From NCBI GenBank assembly GCA_965213925.1, contig OZ243927.1:1248001-1312000 (forward strand): DNA of 64,000 nucleotides. The letters run 5' to 3'. The translations under genes were made by a program, and so were the position numbers. Each line of letters opens with the position of its first letter. Positions within the stretch are counted from its first letter, which is position 1. The notes beneath the pieces are model-generated. The model saw nothing but the letters and a program-made list of their open reading frames with translations. It searched no databases and was not told the DNA's origin. The DNA is from Trueperaceae bacterium. Lineage in GTDB: Bacteria; Deinococcota; Deinococci; Deinococcales; Trueperaceae. This document shows positions 1-10,538 of the stretch, piece by piece.

Positions 1-874
<874 letters not shown>

Positions 875-1005
875 GTCGCCGTAAGTCACCGGACCTCTCG
901 TCTGCCAGGTCATCTCGAGCACGACAACATCCGATTTCGGAGGATTGCTCGAGCTGGCGCACCCGTAGCGCGTGAGTCTCGGCGTTTACCTGGCGACTAT
1001 CCCCG

Positions 1006-1578
1006 TCAGTGCTCGATCCCGCGCTGCGCAGGCACATCCGCGTCAAAGGCGTGTTTGATTTTCTTCATTTCAGTCACGGTATCGGCAGCTTCGACGAGCT
1101 TCTCGTGGGCGTCTCGCCCGGTTAAAACGACGTGCATCTTAGTGGGTCGGCTGCGGAGCGTGTCCACTACGTCATCCACTTCTAGCCAGCCCCACATCAC
1201 CGGATAGGTCACTTCGTCTAAGACCACCATGTCGTACTCACCGCTTAATATCGCTCTTTTCGCGCCCTCCCAGCCCTCCTGAGCAATCTTTTTAGAGCGC
1301 TCCAAATCTTGACTTCGCCAACTGAACCCGTCGCCGAGCCCCGCGAAGGGGATGCCCAGCGTTTCGAAGCTCCGGTGCTCGCCGAACTTCGCGCCCTCGT
1401 GTTTGATAAATTGGAAGAGCCGCGTGCGCAGCCCGCGCCCGTGCGCCCGCACCATCAGCCCGAGCGCGGCTGTCGTCTTGCCCTTGCCGTGACCCGTGTT
1501 GAGGATGACGAGCCCGCGCCGCTCGCCCTGGGCTTTCTTGGTCTTCTTGTTTGTAGGGGGTGCTTTGGTATCGCTCAT
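1006..1578 (-). CDS. cobO: Cob(I)yrinic acid a,c-diamide adenosyltransferase
   Basis: [42 protein letters not shown]; cobalamin operon context. Confidence 0.95.
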   Translation of the reverse strand: MSDTKAPPTNKKTKKAQGERRGLVILNTGHGKGKTTAALGLMVRAHGRGLRTRLFQFIKHEGAKFGEHRSFETLGIPFAGLGDGFSWRSQDLERSKKIAQEGWEGAKRAILSGEYDMVVLDEVTYPVMWGWLEVDDVVDTLRSRPTKMHVVLTGRDAHEKLVEAADTVTEMKKIKHAFDADVPAQRGIEH

Positions 1579-1693
1579 GGAGTTCCTTTCAGAAGGGGTG
1601 CTAGCGGTTAGCTGTTAGTTGAAGGCGTTCTTGATGACAGTAGATGGACTTCGGAGTACGAGCCGAGTCACGAATGAGGATCGAAAGAGAAAC

Positions 1694-2434
1694 TCAAAAT
1701 AGCGTCGCCACGACCAGCATCACCGCCTCGCTGCTCTCGACGAGTGCGCCGTAAGCGTCGCCGCCTAAGCCCGCCATCTGCCGGTTTAGCCAGGTGGCAA
1801 TGATGAGCGTAGAGAGTGCAGCGCTGAGGATGAGGAAGAGGAGGGCGGGCAGCTCGAGCCAAAAAACCGCGATAAAAAGCGAGAGCACGACCCCGAGGCT
1901 AGTAGGTAAAAAGGTCTCGTCAAATCTGAGATTTGTGCGCCGTCCCAAGAGGCTTACGTCGTAAACCGGATAGCTCGCCATCGCCCACGTCACCGCGCTC
2001 CGGCTCAAAATAGGAATGATGAGAAGCGTACCCGCGTTACTTAGCGCTCCGACCGCGGCAGCTTTGGTCAGAATCAACAAGCTCCCCGCCGCCAATGCGA
2101 ATGCGCCCACACGCGGGTCCTTGACGATGCGCCAACGCTCTTCAGGAGGTTTGGGCGCAAAGGCGGCGTCGGCGAGGTCGCAGAAGCCGTCGAAGTGGAG
2201 TGCGCCTGTAATAAGGAGCCACAGCGCTGTAATGAGGACGCCGCGCAGCATTGGCGCAAGAGGTGCGAAGAGGATAAAAGCGAGTGCTAGGAGAACGCCG
2301 ACAACAAGCCCGACGAGCGGATACGCTTTCACCGCTAAACGTAAATCATCCTCGCGCCACTCCTTGACGAGCGGGACGGGCAGCGTAGTGAGAAAGCCTA
2401 AAGCGACGCGAATCGCTCTGAGGTAAGAGGTCAT
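1694..2434 (-). CDS. cobS: Adenosylcobinamide-GDP ribazoletransferase (cobalamin synthase)
   Basis: FLTTLP, TGALHFDGFCDLADA, KDPRVGAF, GLGGDAYGA motifs; hydrophobic. Confidence 0.93.
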   Translation of the reverse strand: MTSYLRAIRVALGFLTTLPVPLVKEWREDDLRLAVKAYPLVGLVVGVLLALAFILFAPLAPMLRGVLITALWLLITGALHFDGFCDLADAAFAPKPPEERWRIVKDPRVGAFALAAGSLLILTKAAAVGALSNAGTLLIIPILSRSAVTWAMASYPVYDVSLLGRRTNLRFDETFLPTSLGVVLSLFIAVFWLELPALLFLILSAALSTLIIATWLNRQMAGLGGDAYGALVESSEAVMLVVATLF

Positions 2435-2456
2435 GATGAAGAGGGTGTAAACGTCA

Positions 2457-3224
2457 TCAGAGTTTAGGTAAGACGACGGGAACGTTTGTGTCCGGCTGCG
2501 TGAACACGCTGAGGTCCGCGCCGTAGACCTCTTCCAACCGCTCCTTCGTCAGCACGTCCTCGGGGTCGCCTAGCGCGGCGCACGCGCCGCGCTGCATCAC
2601 GAGCACGCGGTCGCACACTCGCGCTGCTAGGTTGAGGTCGTGCAAGACGATAAGCGCCCCCAAACCCCGCGCGACCTCCCTTTTGACGAAGCGGAGCACT
2701 TCGACTTGATACTTGAGGTCGAGGTGACTGGTGGGCTCGTCCAAGAGTAAAAATTGAGGTTCTTGCGTCAGTGCCCTAGCGAGAAGGACGCGCTGACGTT
2801 CGCCGCCCGAAAGAGAACCAACGGTCCTATCCCGAAATTTCCAAACGTCGGTGCGGCGCATGGCAGCCTCAGCGATGTCTACGTCTTTTTGCGTTTCGGA
2901 CGCTAAGAAGCCTAGATGGGGCGTACGCCCCATCATGACGACCTCTTGAACGCGGAAGCTTTCGGGTAAGTCGCTCCCTTGTGGCACCACGGCGGTCAAG
3001 CGGGCAAGCTCGAGCCGCCCCACCTCTTGAATCTTCTTTCCGAAGACCCGCACCTCTCCACGCGCAGGTTTCAAAAGCCGTGTGAGGAGCCCTATAAGCG
3101 TCGATTTGCCCACGCCGTTCGGTCCGACGACGCCCAAAACTTCCCCCTTTTGTAGCGAGAAGCTCAGGTCTTTTACGACCTCTTTTTGGTCGTAGCGAAA
3201 GTGCAAGTTAGAAACTTCGATCAA
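2457..3224 (-). CDS. Cobalamin/Fe-siderophore-type ABC transporter ATPase (BtuD-like)
   Basis: GPNGVGKST, LSGGERQR, LLLDEPT. Probable TTG start at 3224 overlaps the permease stop (TTGA); the longer ORF N-terminus overlaps the permease and is likely spurious. Confidence 0.9.
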   Translation of the reverse strand: MIEVSNLHFRYDQKEVVKDLSFSLQKGEVLGVVGPNGVGKSTLIGLLTRLLKPARGEVRVFGKKIQEVGRLELARLTAVVPQGSDLPESFRVQEVVMMGRTPHLGFLASETQKDVDIAEAAMRRTDVWKFRDRTVGSLSGGERQRVLLARALTQEPQFLLLDEPTSHLDLKYQVEVLRFVKREVARGLGALIVLHDLNLAARVCDRVLVMQRGACAALGDPEDVLTKERLEEVYGADLSVFTQPDTNVPVVLPKL

Positions 3225-4276
3225 GCGACGCCCCCCTTCTGCCGCCGCATCAAATAGAGGAAAAAAGGTCCGCCCACGAGCGCCGTCACTACACCTACGG
3301 GCAGTTCTGAGGGTGCGATCACGGTGCGGGCGAAGAGGTCGGCGAGTACCATGAAGAGTGCGCCCCACACCGCTGCCAAGGGTACGAGCGTGCGGTGGTC
3401 GGGTCCCACCGCCAAGCGTACCGCATGCGGCACCATCAGCCCGACGAAACCGATGATGCCCGACACGCTGACCGCCGCTGCCGTCGCTAAAGTCGCCACG
3501 GCGATGAGCGCGACCTTGAACGCTTCGACGCTCAGCCCGAGCTGCGCCGCTTGCGCTTCGCCGAGCTGCAAGAGGTTCAAAGCGCGCGCTGAAAGCATCG
3601 TCGCGACGCCTGCGATGAGAATAAAGGGGAGAACCGACGCGATTTTGGACCAGCTCGAGAGCGCAAAACTCCCCAAGAGCCACGCTAAGACGCCCACGGC
3701 TTGCTCCTGCGCCAAAAGCATCATGAACGAGGTCGCGGCGGTGAGACTCGAGCCCACCACCACCCCCGCCAAGATGAGCGAGACGAGCGGCACGCGCCCG
3801 CCTTGTTTGGCGAAGAGGACCACGAGCGAGACGGCTAAGAGCGCGAAAACAAAGGCGACTAAGGGCACGCCGAGTTGCGCCAGCAGAGGAAGCGAGGTTG
3901 TAAAGACCAGGACCAGCGTCGCCCCGAAGCCCGCGCCGCTCGCCACACCCAAGAGGTAAGGGTCGGCGAGTGGGTTGCGAAAAACCCCCTGAAAGGCGAC
4001 GCCCGAAAAGGATAAGGACGCGCCGACGAGACCCGCTAGGAGGACTCTGGGCAGACGAATCTGCCAGATGATGACGTCGTTCGTCCCCGAAAGCTCACCC
4101 GCCGCGCCGCGCCACACCGCGCTCACGACCTCGAGTGGCGCAATCCGCACCGCCCCGACGCCCGTCGCTAAGACCAGGACGCCGCCGAGTACGAACAGCG
4201 ACGCCAGTAGGGGCGTCCAGCGCACGCCCGTTCTAACAGTCGCTCTCGCGCCACGCCGAAATAGATTGCGCTGCAT
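3221..4276 (-). CDS. FecCD/BtuC-family ABC permease
   Basis: IRLPRVLLA, FRNPLADPYLLGVASGA, GIIGFVGLMVPH, ELPVGVVTALVGGPFF. Confidence 0.95.
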   Translation of the reverse strand: MQRNLFRRGARATVRTGVRWTPLLASLFVLGGVLVLATGVGAVRIAPLEVVSAVWRGAAGELSGTNDVIIWQIRLPRVLLAGLVGASLSFSGVAFQGVFRNPLADPYLLGVASGAGFGATLVLVFTTSLPLLAQLGVPLVAFVFALLAVSLVVLFAKQGGRVPLVSLILAGVVVGSSLTAATSFMMLLAQEQAVGVLAWLLGSFALSSWSKIASVLPFILIAGVATMLSARALNLLQLGEAQAAQLGLSVEAFKVALIAVATLATAAAVSVSGIIGFVGLMVPHAVRLAVGPDHRTLVPLAAVWGALFMVLADLFARTVIAPSELPVGVVTALVGGPFFLYLMRRQKGGVA

Positions 4277-5187
4277 CAGTCGAACACCTGTTCGAATTCA
4301 GCAGGGTGAAGGATGCTCGCTAAAAGCCTCGTAGCCTCCGCGATGCGCGGTCCGGGGCGGTTCATGATGTTGACTTGTTCTTCGGTCAGTTCTACGACGC
4401 GCCCGCTTCTCATAGCGCTCAGACTCCCGAAGCCCGGACGCGCCGCCAAGGTCTCCATACTCTCACCCGACGGCGCATTCCCCAGGATGACGATCTCAGG
4501 GTTTGCGGCGACGATGTATTCAGGCTCGAGCTGCGGAAAGTCGCCCTGCTCCGCCGTTACAACGTTGTCCCCTCCGGCTTTTTGAATCAGCGTGCCGATG
4601 AAGGATTCCGGCCCCACGCTGTAGGGCGTCGCGTCGATTTCGTAGTAGACGCTCGGCGCGTCCAAACCCTGCGTGCGCCGCTCGACCTCTTGAAGCTCGA
4701 GCCGCGTGTCCGCGACGAGTGCCTGCGCCTGCGCCTCCCGGTCCAGCAGTTCGCCCAAAATCTCGAAGAAAGCGAAGGTGTCTTGGACGGTCTGCGGGCT
4801 GCCCGCGTAGACGTTCAAGCCTAAGTCGCGGAGCGTCCCCGCCAACTCGCCGTATTCGGAGACCAGGACGAGGTCGGGCTCTAACGCCACGATCGCCTCG
4901 ATGTTGGCTTCCTCCAAACTGCCGCCCAACGTCGGCAAACTCTTCACCTGCGCCGGAAAGTCGCTGTAGCGGTCCACACCCACGAGCGTGCCACACGCCT
5001 CCAACGCGCAGAGCGTTTCGGTGTGGCTTGGCAGCATCGAGACGACGCGCGTAGGCTCAGCAGGGAGCGTCACCTCTACGCCCAACTCGTCCGTCAGCGT
5101 GAGCGGGTAGGTGGTTGCAAAGGTGATACTTAGAAAAAAGACGAGGGAGAGAAGTCGAGCTAGCTTGATAACACCAATGACGTACAC
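4276..5187 (-). CDS. Cobalamin-binding periplasmic protein (BtuF-like)
   Basis: Signal peptide, RVVSMLPSHTE, LVGVDRYSDFP, RPGPRI; GGAGG RBS; downstream of a B12 riboswitch. Confidence 0.9.
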   Translation of the reverse strand: MYVIGVIKLARLLSLVFFLSITFATTYPLTLTDELGVEVTLPAEPTRVVSMLPSHTETLCALEACGTLVGVDRYSDFPAQVKSLPTLGGSLEEANIEAIVALEPDLVLVSEYGELAGTLRDLGLNVYAGSPQTVQDTFAFFEILGELLDREAQAQALVADTRLELQEVERRTQGLDAPSVYYEIDATPYSVGPESFIGTLIQKAGGDNVVTAEQGDFPQLEPEYIVAANPEIVILGNAPSGESMETLAARPGFGSLSAMRSGRVVELTEEQVNIMNRPGPRIAEATRLLASILHPAEFEQVFD

Positions 5188-5211
5188 AAAAGCCTCCAGG
5201 CTCTTGCAGGG

Positions 5212-5240
5212 AACAAAAAATCCACCCTCATGAGGATGGA
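5212..5240 (-). terminator. Intrinsic terminator-like hairpin in the btuF leader (probable riboswitch expression platform)
   Basis: Minus strand reads TCCATCCTCATGAGGGTGGA followed by TTTTTTGTT. Confidence 0.65.
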
Positions 5241-5307
5241 CGCGCGGCGGCGAGCGTCAAGGACGCCTACCGTGATCGCCCTTCCTTGTGCCTCGCAAGG
5301 AATTACA

Positions 5308-5383
5308 GCAGGTATTATCTGGTCACAAACGCTCTCAGACGAGAGAGTATCGCTTAACACGCACGTTCAGAGATAATACTTGC
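5308..5383 (+). repeat. 76-bp palindromic-ended element, copy 1
   Basis: GCAGGTATTATCT...AGATAATACTTGC; homologous to 5481, 6438 and 54761. Confidence 0.85.
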
Positions 5384-5427
5384 GTGATACAAGCTCAGTG
5401 ACTGCGACAACCGCCATAGGTCTGTTC

Positions 5428-5640
5428 CAGCTTGGCATTCGGGCTTCTTGAAGAGGTCATCATCGTTCAGATTGAATCACGCAGATTTCATCTCTAAAAG
5501 TGATTGCTAAAGGATGCTTTATCTGCTAAAACTGGCTCCGACCAGATGAAATCCAGCTAGCCTATCGGCTGAGACCTACAAGTTACCGTTGCGGGACAGC
5601 GCCGGACTCGCACCGGACTTTCCCAAGGTTGGAACAAAAT
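5428..5640 (-). promoter_or_regulatory. Cobalamin riboswitch
   Basis: Minus strand GGGAAAGTCCGGTGCGAGTCCGGCGCTGTCCCGCAACGGTAA plus 3' B12-box-like GAAGCCCGAATGCC; upstream of btu/cob genes; boundaries approximate. Confidence 0.92.
5481..5557 (-). repeat. 76-bp element, copy 2 (77 bp, reverse orientation, inside the riboswitch)
   Basis: Minus strand GCTGGATTTCATCTGGTC...AGATAAAGC...AGATGAAATCTGC aligns with the other copies. Confidence 0.75.
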
Positions 5641-5685
5641 CAGCTTACGGGGCTTTGGGGGAGGTGTCAAGCTGTGTCCTCGAGT

Positions 5686-6111
5686 TTAGCGTGCCTCAAG
5701 TAGCCCCTCGCGCTTCTCCTCCTCGTAAAGCCGCTCTTGCACAAAAGCTTTCAAGAGCGTTTGGTAGCCCATCCCTTTGCGCTCAGCCAATACCTTGAGC
5801 CGCGTCACCGTATCGTCTTCGAAGCGCACCGCGATGGGACCGGAGCGCTTGGGCTTGGGCTCCTCCAAGGTTCTGAGCAAGCGCCGCACCGATATTCCCC
5901 TCTCCTGCACAACCTCTCTAAGTTTTTCCAAGACCTCTTCAGGTAGGTCCAAGGTGACGCTGCGCTCGCGCGGCGGGGGCAACTCGGGGTCGTCTGCGCT
6001 GGGTCTATGAAAAGCAATGCTGTCGCCAAACTCGTGCTCTTCCCAAAAGCGAGCTTCCTCTGCTTCGCTCATTCCCTGCGGAATTTCGCTCAAGTCGTTG
6101 ATGACCTTCAC
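5686..6111 (-). CDS. BrnA/CopG-like antitoxin with duplicated RHH-like segment
   Basis: SEAEEARFWEEH N-terminus and LAERKGMGYQTLLK C-terminus; overlaps the toxin stop. Confidence 0.8.
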   Translation of the reverse strand: MKVINDLSEIPQGMSEAEEARFWEEHEFGDSIAFHRPSADDPELPPPRERSVTLDLPEEVLEKLREVVQERGISVRRLLRTLEEPKPKRSGPIAVRFEDDTVTRLKVLAERKGMGYQTLLKAFVQERLYEEEKREGLLEAR

Positions 6112-6429
6112 TTCTTCTCCCTTCGCATCCTCTTGTAGCGCTCGACTTCCCTAAGTTTGACCTGCACCGAGAAAGGGCGGACGGTTTCGCTCCGCACTGT
6201 GTAGATGACTGTAATGATGTCGCCGCAGCTCGTTTGCCCTGTAATCGCCCGACGCTTCTCGAAGGCTGTATTGTAAGCGTCGGTGCGGATTCGGTAGGGG
6301 TCGGCGAAGACCTCTTCAACATCCTCTGCTTCCCACAGGTTAAGGCTCGCGCCGTAGCACTTTACGTGCTCACCTGTTACCTCATTTAGCGATGTGCTCC
6401 AGGTTGGCATCATCCCAGACGAACCGCAT
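6108..6429 (-). pseudogene. BrnT-like toxin, interrupted and frameshifted near codon 15
   Basis: MRFVWDDANLEHIAK* from ATG 6429; resumes in another frame as EAEDVEEVF...RRAITGQT...VIYTVR. Confidence 0.7.
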
Positions 6430-6437
6430 AACTTATA

Positions 6438-6513
6438 GCAGGTATCATCTGGTTTGAGACGCTCTCACTATAGAAAACACTGTCTAGCACGCACGTTAAG
6501 AGATGATATCTGC
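6438..6513 (+). repeat. 76-bp element, copy 3
   Basis: GCAGGTATCATCT...AGATGATATCTGC. Confidence 0.85.
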
Positions 6514-6581
6514 GGCGCTCTGTCTCAGTATGTTCTGGAAGTGCTATTAGTATGTATTATCGTGAATACTAAAAGGTTTGT

Positions 6582-6806
6582 TTAATCTCTGCCATAATCG
6601 TTCAGATGCTTAGGATTGGTCGCTAAGTCACCCGGTCCGCCCTCCACACTGCCCACCAGGTCTCCCGCCAAGTCCAGCGCAGACCCATGTTTGCCCAAAG
6701 GCTTCTGAGACCTGCTTCCTAAAAACTCCACGAAATCCAGCACCTCCCGCTGCCGCTCCGGTGGCAACGTGCGCAACTTTTCCAAAACCGCTTCTTCAAT
6801 ACTCAT
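6582..6806 (-). CDS. DUF2281-like antitoxin (no adjacent PIN toxin)
   Basis: LRTLPPERQREVLDFVEFL and GPGDLATNPKHLNDYG. Confidence 0.75.
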   Translation of the reverse strand: MSIEEAVLEKLRTLPPERQREVLDFVEFLGSRSQKPLGKHGSALDLAGDLVGSVEGGPGDLATNPKHLNDYGRD

Positions 6807-7099
6807 TGCCTTACCCCCAATACCACCTCAGGATGCTTCGCCGCAATTTTAAGGAGAGTACGCGCCGCCCCGCTCGGCACACGCCGCCCCTGCTCCCAAC
6901 CGATAACCGTGTGCTTGCTGACCCCTAAGAGCGTGCCGAACTCAGCTTGAGAGAGCCCGAGGGTGCGCCGCACGTCGGAGACTTTAGGTGTACCATCTTC
7001 CAGTACCGTCACCCTGGCGGGTTCTAGCTCGCCCTTCTCAATCGCTTTCATCTGTTTAACGCTAGTAATGAGGTCATCAAAAAGTTTGTCTTCCATCAT
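6803..7099 (-). CDS. HigA-like Xre HTH antitoxin
   Basis: LFDDLITSVKQM; RRTLGLSQAEFGTLLGVSKHTVIGWEQGRRVPSGAARTLL. Confidence 0.88.
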   Translation of the reverse strand: MMEDKLFDDLITSVKQMKAIEKGELEPARVTVLEDGTPKVSDVRRTLGLSQAEFGTLLGVSKHTVIGWEQGRRVPSGAARTLLKIAAKHPEVVLGVRQ

Positions 7100-7413
7100 T
7101 CCTCCTCGAGAGTGTTCCGCAAAATCTTGACCTGCCTCGGGGTCAAGTCGTCCTGAACGTCTTTGCTATAAGCGAGTAATAAGGTGATACGTTCTCCTTG
7201 AACCGCGTAAATAACACGAATGCCGCCCCTTTTGCCCTTGCCGCGTGAAGGGTCGGTAAAGCGCACCTTACGAAGCCCGCCCCCGCCACGAATAACCGTG
7301 CCCTTCTTAGGGTTCTCGAGCAACTCATTTTGCAGGGCACGCAACCCCTCATCATTTAGAAGTTCGCCGATGAGCCGGTGGAAGATGGGAGTTTCAACAA
7401 AAACGCTCATCAA
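7096..7413 (-). CDS. HigB/RelE-family toxin
   Basis: FVETPIF, GTVIRGGGGLRKVR, GKGKRGGIRVIY, LLAYSKDVQDDLT. Confidence 0.9.
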   Translation of the reverse strand: MMSVFVETPIFHRLIGELLNDEGLRALQNELLENPKKGTVIRGGGGLRKVRFTDPSRGKGKRGGIRVIYAVQGERITLLLAYSKDVQDDLTPRQVKILRNTLEEE

Positions 7414-7421
7414 TTAGATTA

Positions 7422-7451
7422 TAGTACATAGGATTATAAGTCAATGTACTA
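7422..7451. promoter_or_regulatory. Putative HigA operator
   Basis: Perfect inverted repeat TAGTACAT-N14-ATGTACTA just upstream of the toxin start, overlapping TTGACT/TATAAT-like hexamers. Confidence 0.55.
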
Positions 7452-7465
7452 AGTCTACTCGAGGC

Positions 7466-7687
7466 TCACCCCGCCACCGCCGCCTCCACAATCCCTACCT
7501 CTTCCTCCGTCAGCCCATAAAGCTCATACACCAAGCTATCTATCTGCTCGTCCAACGCCGCAATCTCTCCCGTTAGCCGCTCCAACTCCGCGCCCGCCGC
7601 GCCCGCCTTCTGTTCATGCAGCCCCAACATCTCGTCCACCAGCCGCGTCATACGCTCATGCTGCTCTTTTTCGGTTGGGTTGGAGAG
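7466..7687 (-). repeat. 222-bp direct repeat copy A; C-terminal remnant of a type IIG RM enzyme
   Basis: Matches 8323-8544 except one base (7672 vs 8529); encodes ..NPTEKEQHERMTRLVDEML..QIDSLVYELYGLTEEEVGIVE. Confidence 0.9.
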
Positions 7688-7725
7688 ATTGAGGATGACT
7701 TAATAGGCAGATGCTAAACTGTCCC

Positions 7726-7941
7726 ATGCGCACTGTAAAAGCTCTCATCAACGAGCACGGCAAAGTAGAACTTTTAGAGCCCGTCACGCTGAGTGAAGAG
7801 CGCCAAGCTCTCGTCACCATCCTCGACGCGCCCACCCGAGAGCCGCGTCCCTTCGGGCTCTGCAAGGGCGAATTCAGCGTGCCGGATGACTTTGACGACC
7901 CTCTACCCGACGACATTCTGGACGATTTCGAGCGTGCATGA
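7726..7941 (+). CDS. VapB-like antitoxin
   Basis: PRPFGLCKGEFSVPDDFDDPLPDDILDDFE; ATGA overlap with the PIN gene. Confidence 0.85.
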   Translation: MRTVKALINEHGKVELLEPVTLSEERQALVTILDAPTREPRPFGLCKGEFSVPDDFDDPLPDDILDDFERA

Positions 7942-8321
7942 AGCTCCTCTTGGACACGCACGTGTTCTTGTGGTACATCAGCGGAGATAGCCGCCTACCC
8001 ACCGCTATGCTGAACGCTATACGCGACCCCAATAACGAGGTCTACTTGAGCGTCGTTTCGGTGTGGGAGTCCATCATCAAGTACCAACTCGGCAAGCTGC
8101 CCCTGCCATCTTCCCCTGAAGTCTACTTGCCCTTACAGCGCAGGCGACACCTCATCTACAGCCTGGATGTTGACGAAGCGAGCGTCACCGAGCTTATCAA
8201 GCTGCCGCCGCACCACCGCGACCCCTTTGACCGCTTGCTTATCTGCCAAGCCACTGCGAACAAGATGGTCTTAGCCACCGTAGATAGTGTCATGAAACGT
8301 TACAACGTCAGTACGCTCTGA
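7938..8321 (+). CDS. vapC: VapC PIN-domain toxin
   Basis: MKLLLDTHVFLW, SVVSVWE, HHRDPFDRLLICQA. Confidence 0.93.
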   Translation: MKLLLDTHVFLWYISGDSRLPTAMLNAIRDPNNEVYLSVVSVWESIIKYQLGKLPLPSSPEVYLPLQRRRHLIYSLDVDEASVTELIKLPPHHRDPFDRLLICQATANKMVLATVDSVMKRYNVSTL

Positions 8322-8322
8322 T

Positions 8323-8544
8323 TCACCCCGCCACCGCCGCCTCCACAATCCCTACCTCTTCCTCCGTCAGCCCATAAAGCTCATACACCAAGCTATCTAT
8401 CTGCTCGTCCAACGCCGCAATCTCTCCCGTTAGCCGCTCCAACTCCGCGCCCGCCGCGCCCGCCTTCTGTTCATGCAGCCCCAACATCTCGTCCACCAGC
8501 CGCGTCATACGCTCATGCTGCTCTTTTTAGGTTGGGTTGGAGAG
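8323..8544 (-). repeat. 222-bp direct repeat copy B; type IIG RM C-terminal remnant
   Basis: Offset 857 bp from copy A; the one difference turns GAA into an in-frame TAA. Confidence 0.9.
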
Positions 8545-8642
8545 TTAGGAAGTTTTCTACAGAAGGGAATGCTTGAAGATAGCTTTTTCACTCCTCTATG
8601 ACAAGTGTCATCTTCTATAGTTCTTGACTCAGGGCGCGTCAT

Positions 8643-10538
8643 TCAGCTTCGGTACGCTTCGCATTGCTCAATAAAGCTCGTGAGTTCCTGTATAAAATCC
8701 TTTGGGTGATCTGGCTTGTTGTTTAATAGCCACCTAGTGAGCGCCTCGGAGTGCCTAGTCTTTTTATACTCGAGGCGATTTTCCGAAAGCTCCTGAAAGA
8801 GATGTTTAAGCAACTTGGCTGCGTCAACTACGCCGTACCACGGTCGCGTTTCGTTAGCTGCTGATTTTGATGGCATGAAACTATTTTTGTTCTGCTCTAG
8901 CCATGTTTCGACTTGAGCTGTATTCGCTCGAGTCTCCCCGCTAGGGTCAGCGGCATTAAGTACCTGAGTTATCGCTTCAGCGTCGAGGAGGTAATTTTCG
9001 TAGTGACGAAATTTTGTGAATTCAATTTTGCCTGCTTCGAGCCTCTTGAGTGAAGTAATCTTCTGATTCGAACGTTCTTCACGGTCAACAAAGAAACCAA
9101 GTGCTGGCGGATAAAGTGAGTCTGGCTTGCCGCCCTTACTCATCCGTCGATACGTCTCCACAATGCGCTTTAGCTGCTCTTCCTTTCTGTCGAGGTCGCT
9201 CGTTTGATAAATGCGGAGGAAGCTCGTTCGATAAAGAGGGCTTCCCGCGTACCTCAGGAGAATGGGAAAGCACCGCTCCTCGGTTTGCCCTTCGACCCAG
9301 AGCACCGTCTCAGCACCGAAAACGTCAGCAAGACCAACGCCAATGTCAGCGAGCATCTCGTGCCTTTCCTGCGCTTCATCGGGGTCGACTGCGACAAAAA
9401 TTGATTCTTGATTGTTCTCCGCGAAGACAACACGCATAATAGTGTCAGGATCAGCCGTGCTAACGACGATAGGGTCGTGTGTACCAATAAAATACTGGTG
9501 CGTATCGTGCTGCTTAAAAATTTCAATCAGAGCTTTTGTGGCTGCGGGATGTAAGAAAGACGAGGGCTCATCAATCACAAGCACTTTAGGTGTCTGAGAG
9601 ATGTAGACAACATAGAGCATCGCAAGTACTTGACTGACGCCTGTCCCACACTTTCTTAAAGGTACGGTCAAGTCAAAGCGCTTTCTTGCTGGATCAATAG
9701 AAGATACCTCTATTTCGGTTGTGCTGTTTGATCGGTTGACTGAACGCACGGAGCGTATGTGTGGCAGAACGGTTGATACAAGTTCGTTGTACTCACGAAA
9801 ACTCTCTATATCACTCTGTAAGTTCTGTATGACCTCAGGTAAGTTGCGGGCGTTCGAAGCGAGGTCTCTTGACATACCGACCGAAGACTCACTAATGTTC
9901 AAACGCTCAGCGTCGAATCGATACGTTTTTGAAGCAAGATCGCTGAGCATTCTGCTTTCGAACCACAATTCTGATCGAAGAGCGGTCGAACTACCCGTTT
10001 TTTCCGAAAGCCCCTGATCTTTTGTCACCGCATATTTGTGAAATTGTCTTTGCTTTTGTCCATATTTTGCTAAAGAAGGGTCAAAGTACAGCCCGAAAGA
10101 GTTTCTAAGCACGGCTCGCTCTAACGAATGAAAGCTACCACCACGCCCAGAAGTTCTCAGCGAATAATCAATTTCATGAGTACCTTTTCTGTCTTCCAGA
10201 GAAAAGCCGTGGATAACCCTTCCCGTTCTTCGATCAATAGGAAGCTCAAGGATTGTTGAATCCCTATTTACGCTGAGGTAGTTTATAACCTCTGCTTTGC
10301 TTGCGGCTATGGATAAGAAAACCTCAGATTGCAGATACTCAGGTTTATCGCCGACTTCAAGAATTGTTGACTCGCTCTTGTGTGGTTCACTATCTAACTC
10401 GAAGGCAAGAGCTTTCATGAGTGCTGTTTTCCCAGCACTGTTTTGACCTGTAATAATATTTATGCCCGCTTGAAACCGCGCCTCACCGGAATCTCTGAAC
10501 GAGAAGTAGTTCTTGACTTGGATTTTAGAAATGTACAT
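8643..10538 (-). CDS. ABC-type ATPase fused to a TOPRIM-like domain (OLD-family-like ATP-dependent nuclease)
   Basis: Walker A GQNSAGKT, CGTG signature, Walker B VLVIDEP, GTHD, TOPRIM WVEGQTE..VDRE..ENYLL; visibly AT-richer than flanks. Confidence 0.8.
   Translation of the reverse strand: MYISKIQVKNYFSFRDSGEARFQAGINIITGQNSAGKTALMKALAFELDSEPHKSESTILEVGDKPEYLQSEVFLSIAASKAEVINYLSVNRDSTILELPIDRRTGRVIHGFSLEDRKGTHEIDYSLRTSGRGGSFHSLERAVLRNSFGLYFDPSLAKYGQKQRQFHKYAVTKDQGLSEKTGSSTALRSELWFESRMLSDLASKTYRFDAERLNISESSVGMSRDLASNARNLPEVIQNLQSDIESFREYNELVSTVLPHIRSVRSVNRSNSTTEIEVSSIDPARKRFDLTVPLRKCGTGVSQVLAMLYVVYISQTPKVLVIDEPSSFLHPAATKALIEIFKQHDTHQYFIGTHDPIVVSTADPDTIMRVVFAENNQESIFVAVDPDEAQERHEMLADIGVGLADVFGAETVLWVEGQTEERCFPILLRYAGSPLYRTSFLRIYQTSDLDRKEEQLKRIVETYRRMSKGGKPDSLYPPALGFFVDREERSNQKITSLKRLEAGKIEFTKFRHYENYLLDAEAITQVLNAADPSGETRANTAQVETWLEQNKNSFMPSKSAANETRPWYGVVDAAKLLKHLFQELSENRLEYKKTRHSEALTRWLLNNKPDHPKDFIQELTSFIEQCEAYRS

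Noticed and set aside
6330..6385. T4 gene 60-style translational bypass or integron attC site
   Set aside because: No matching landing codon restores the frame, the RYYYAAC/GTTRRRY boxes do not fit, and no integrase is present.
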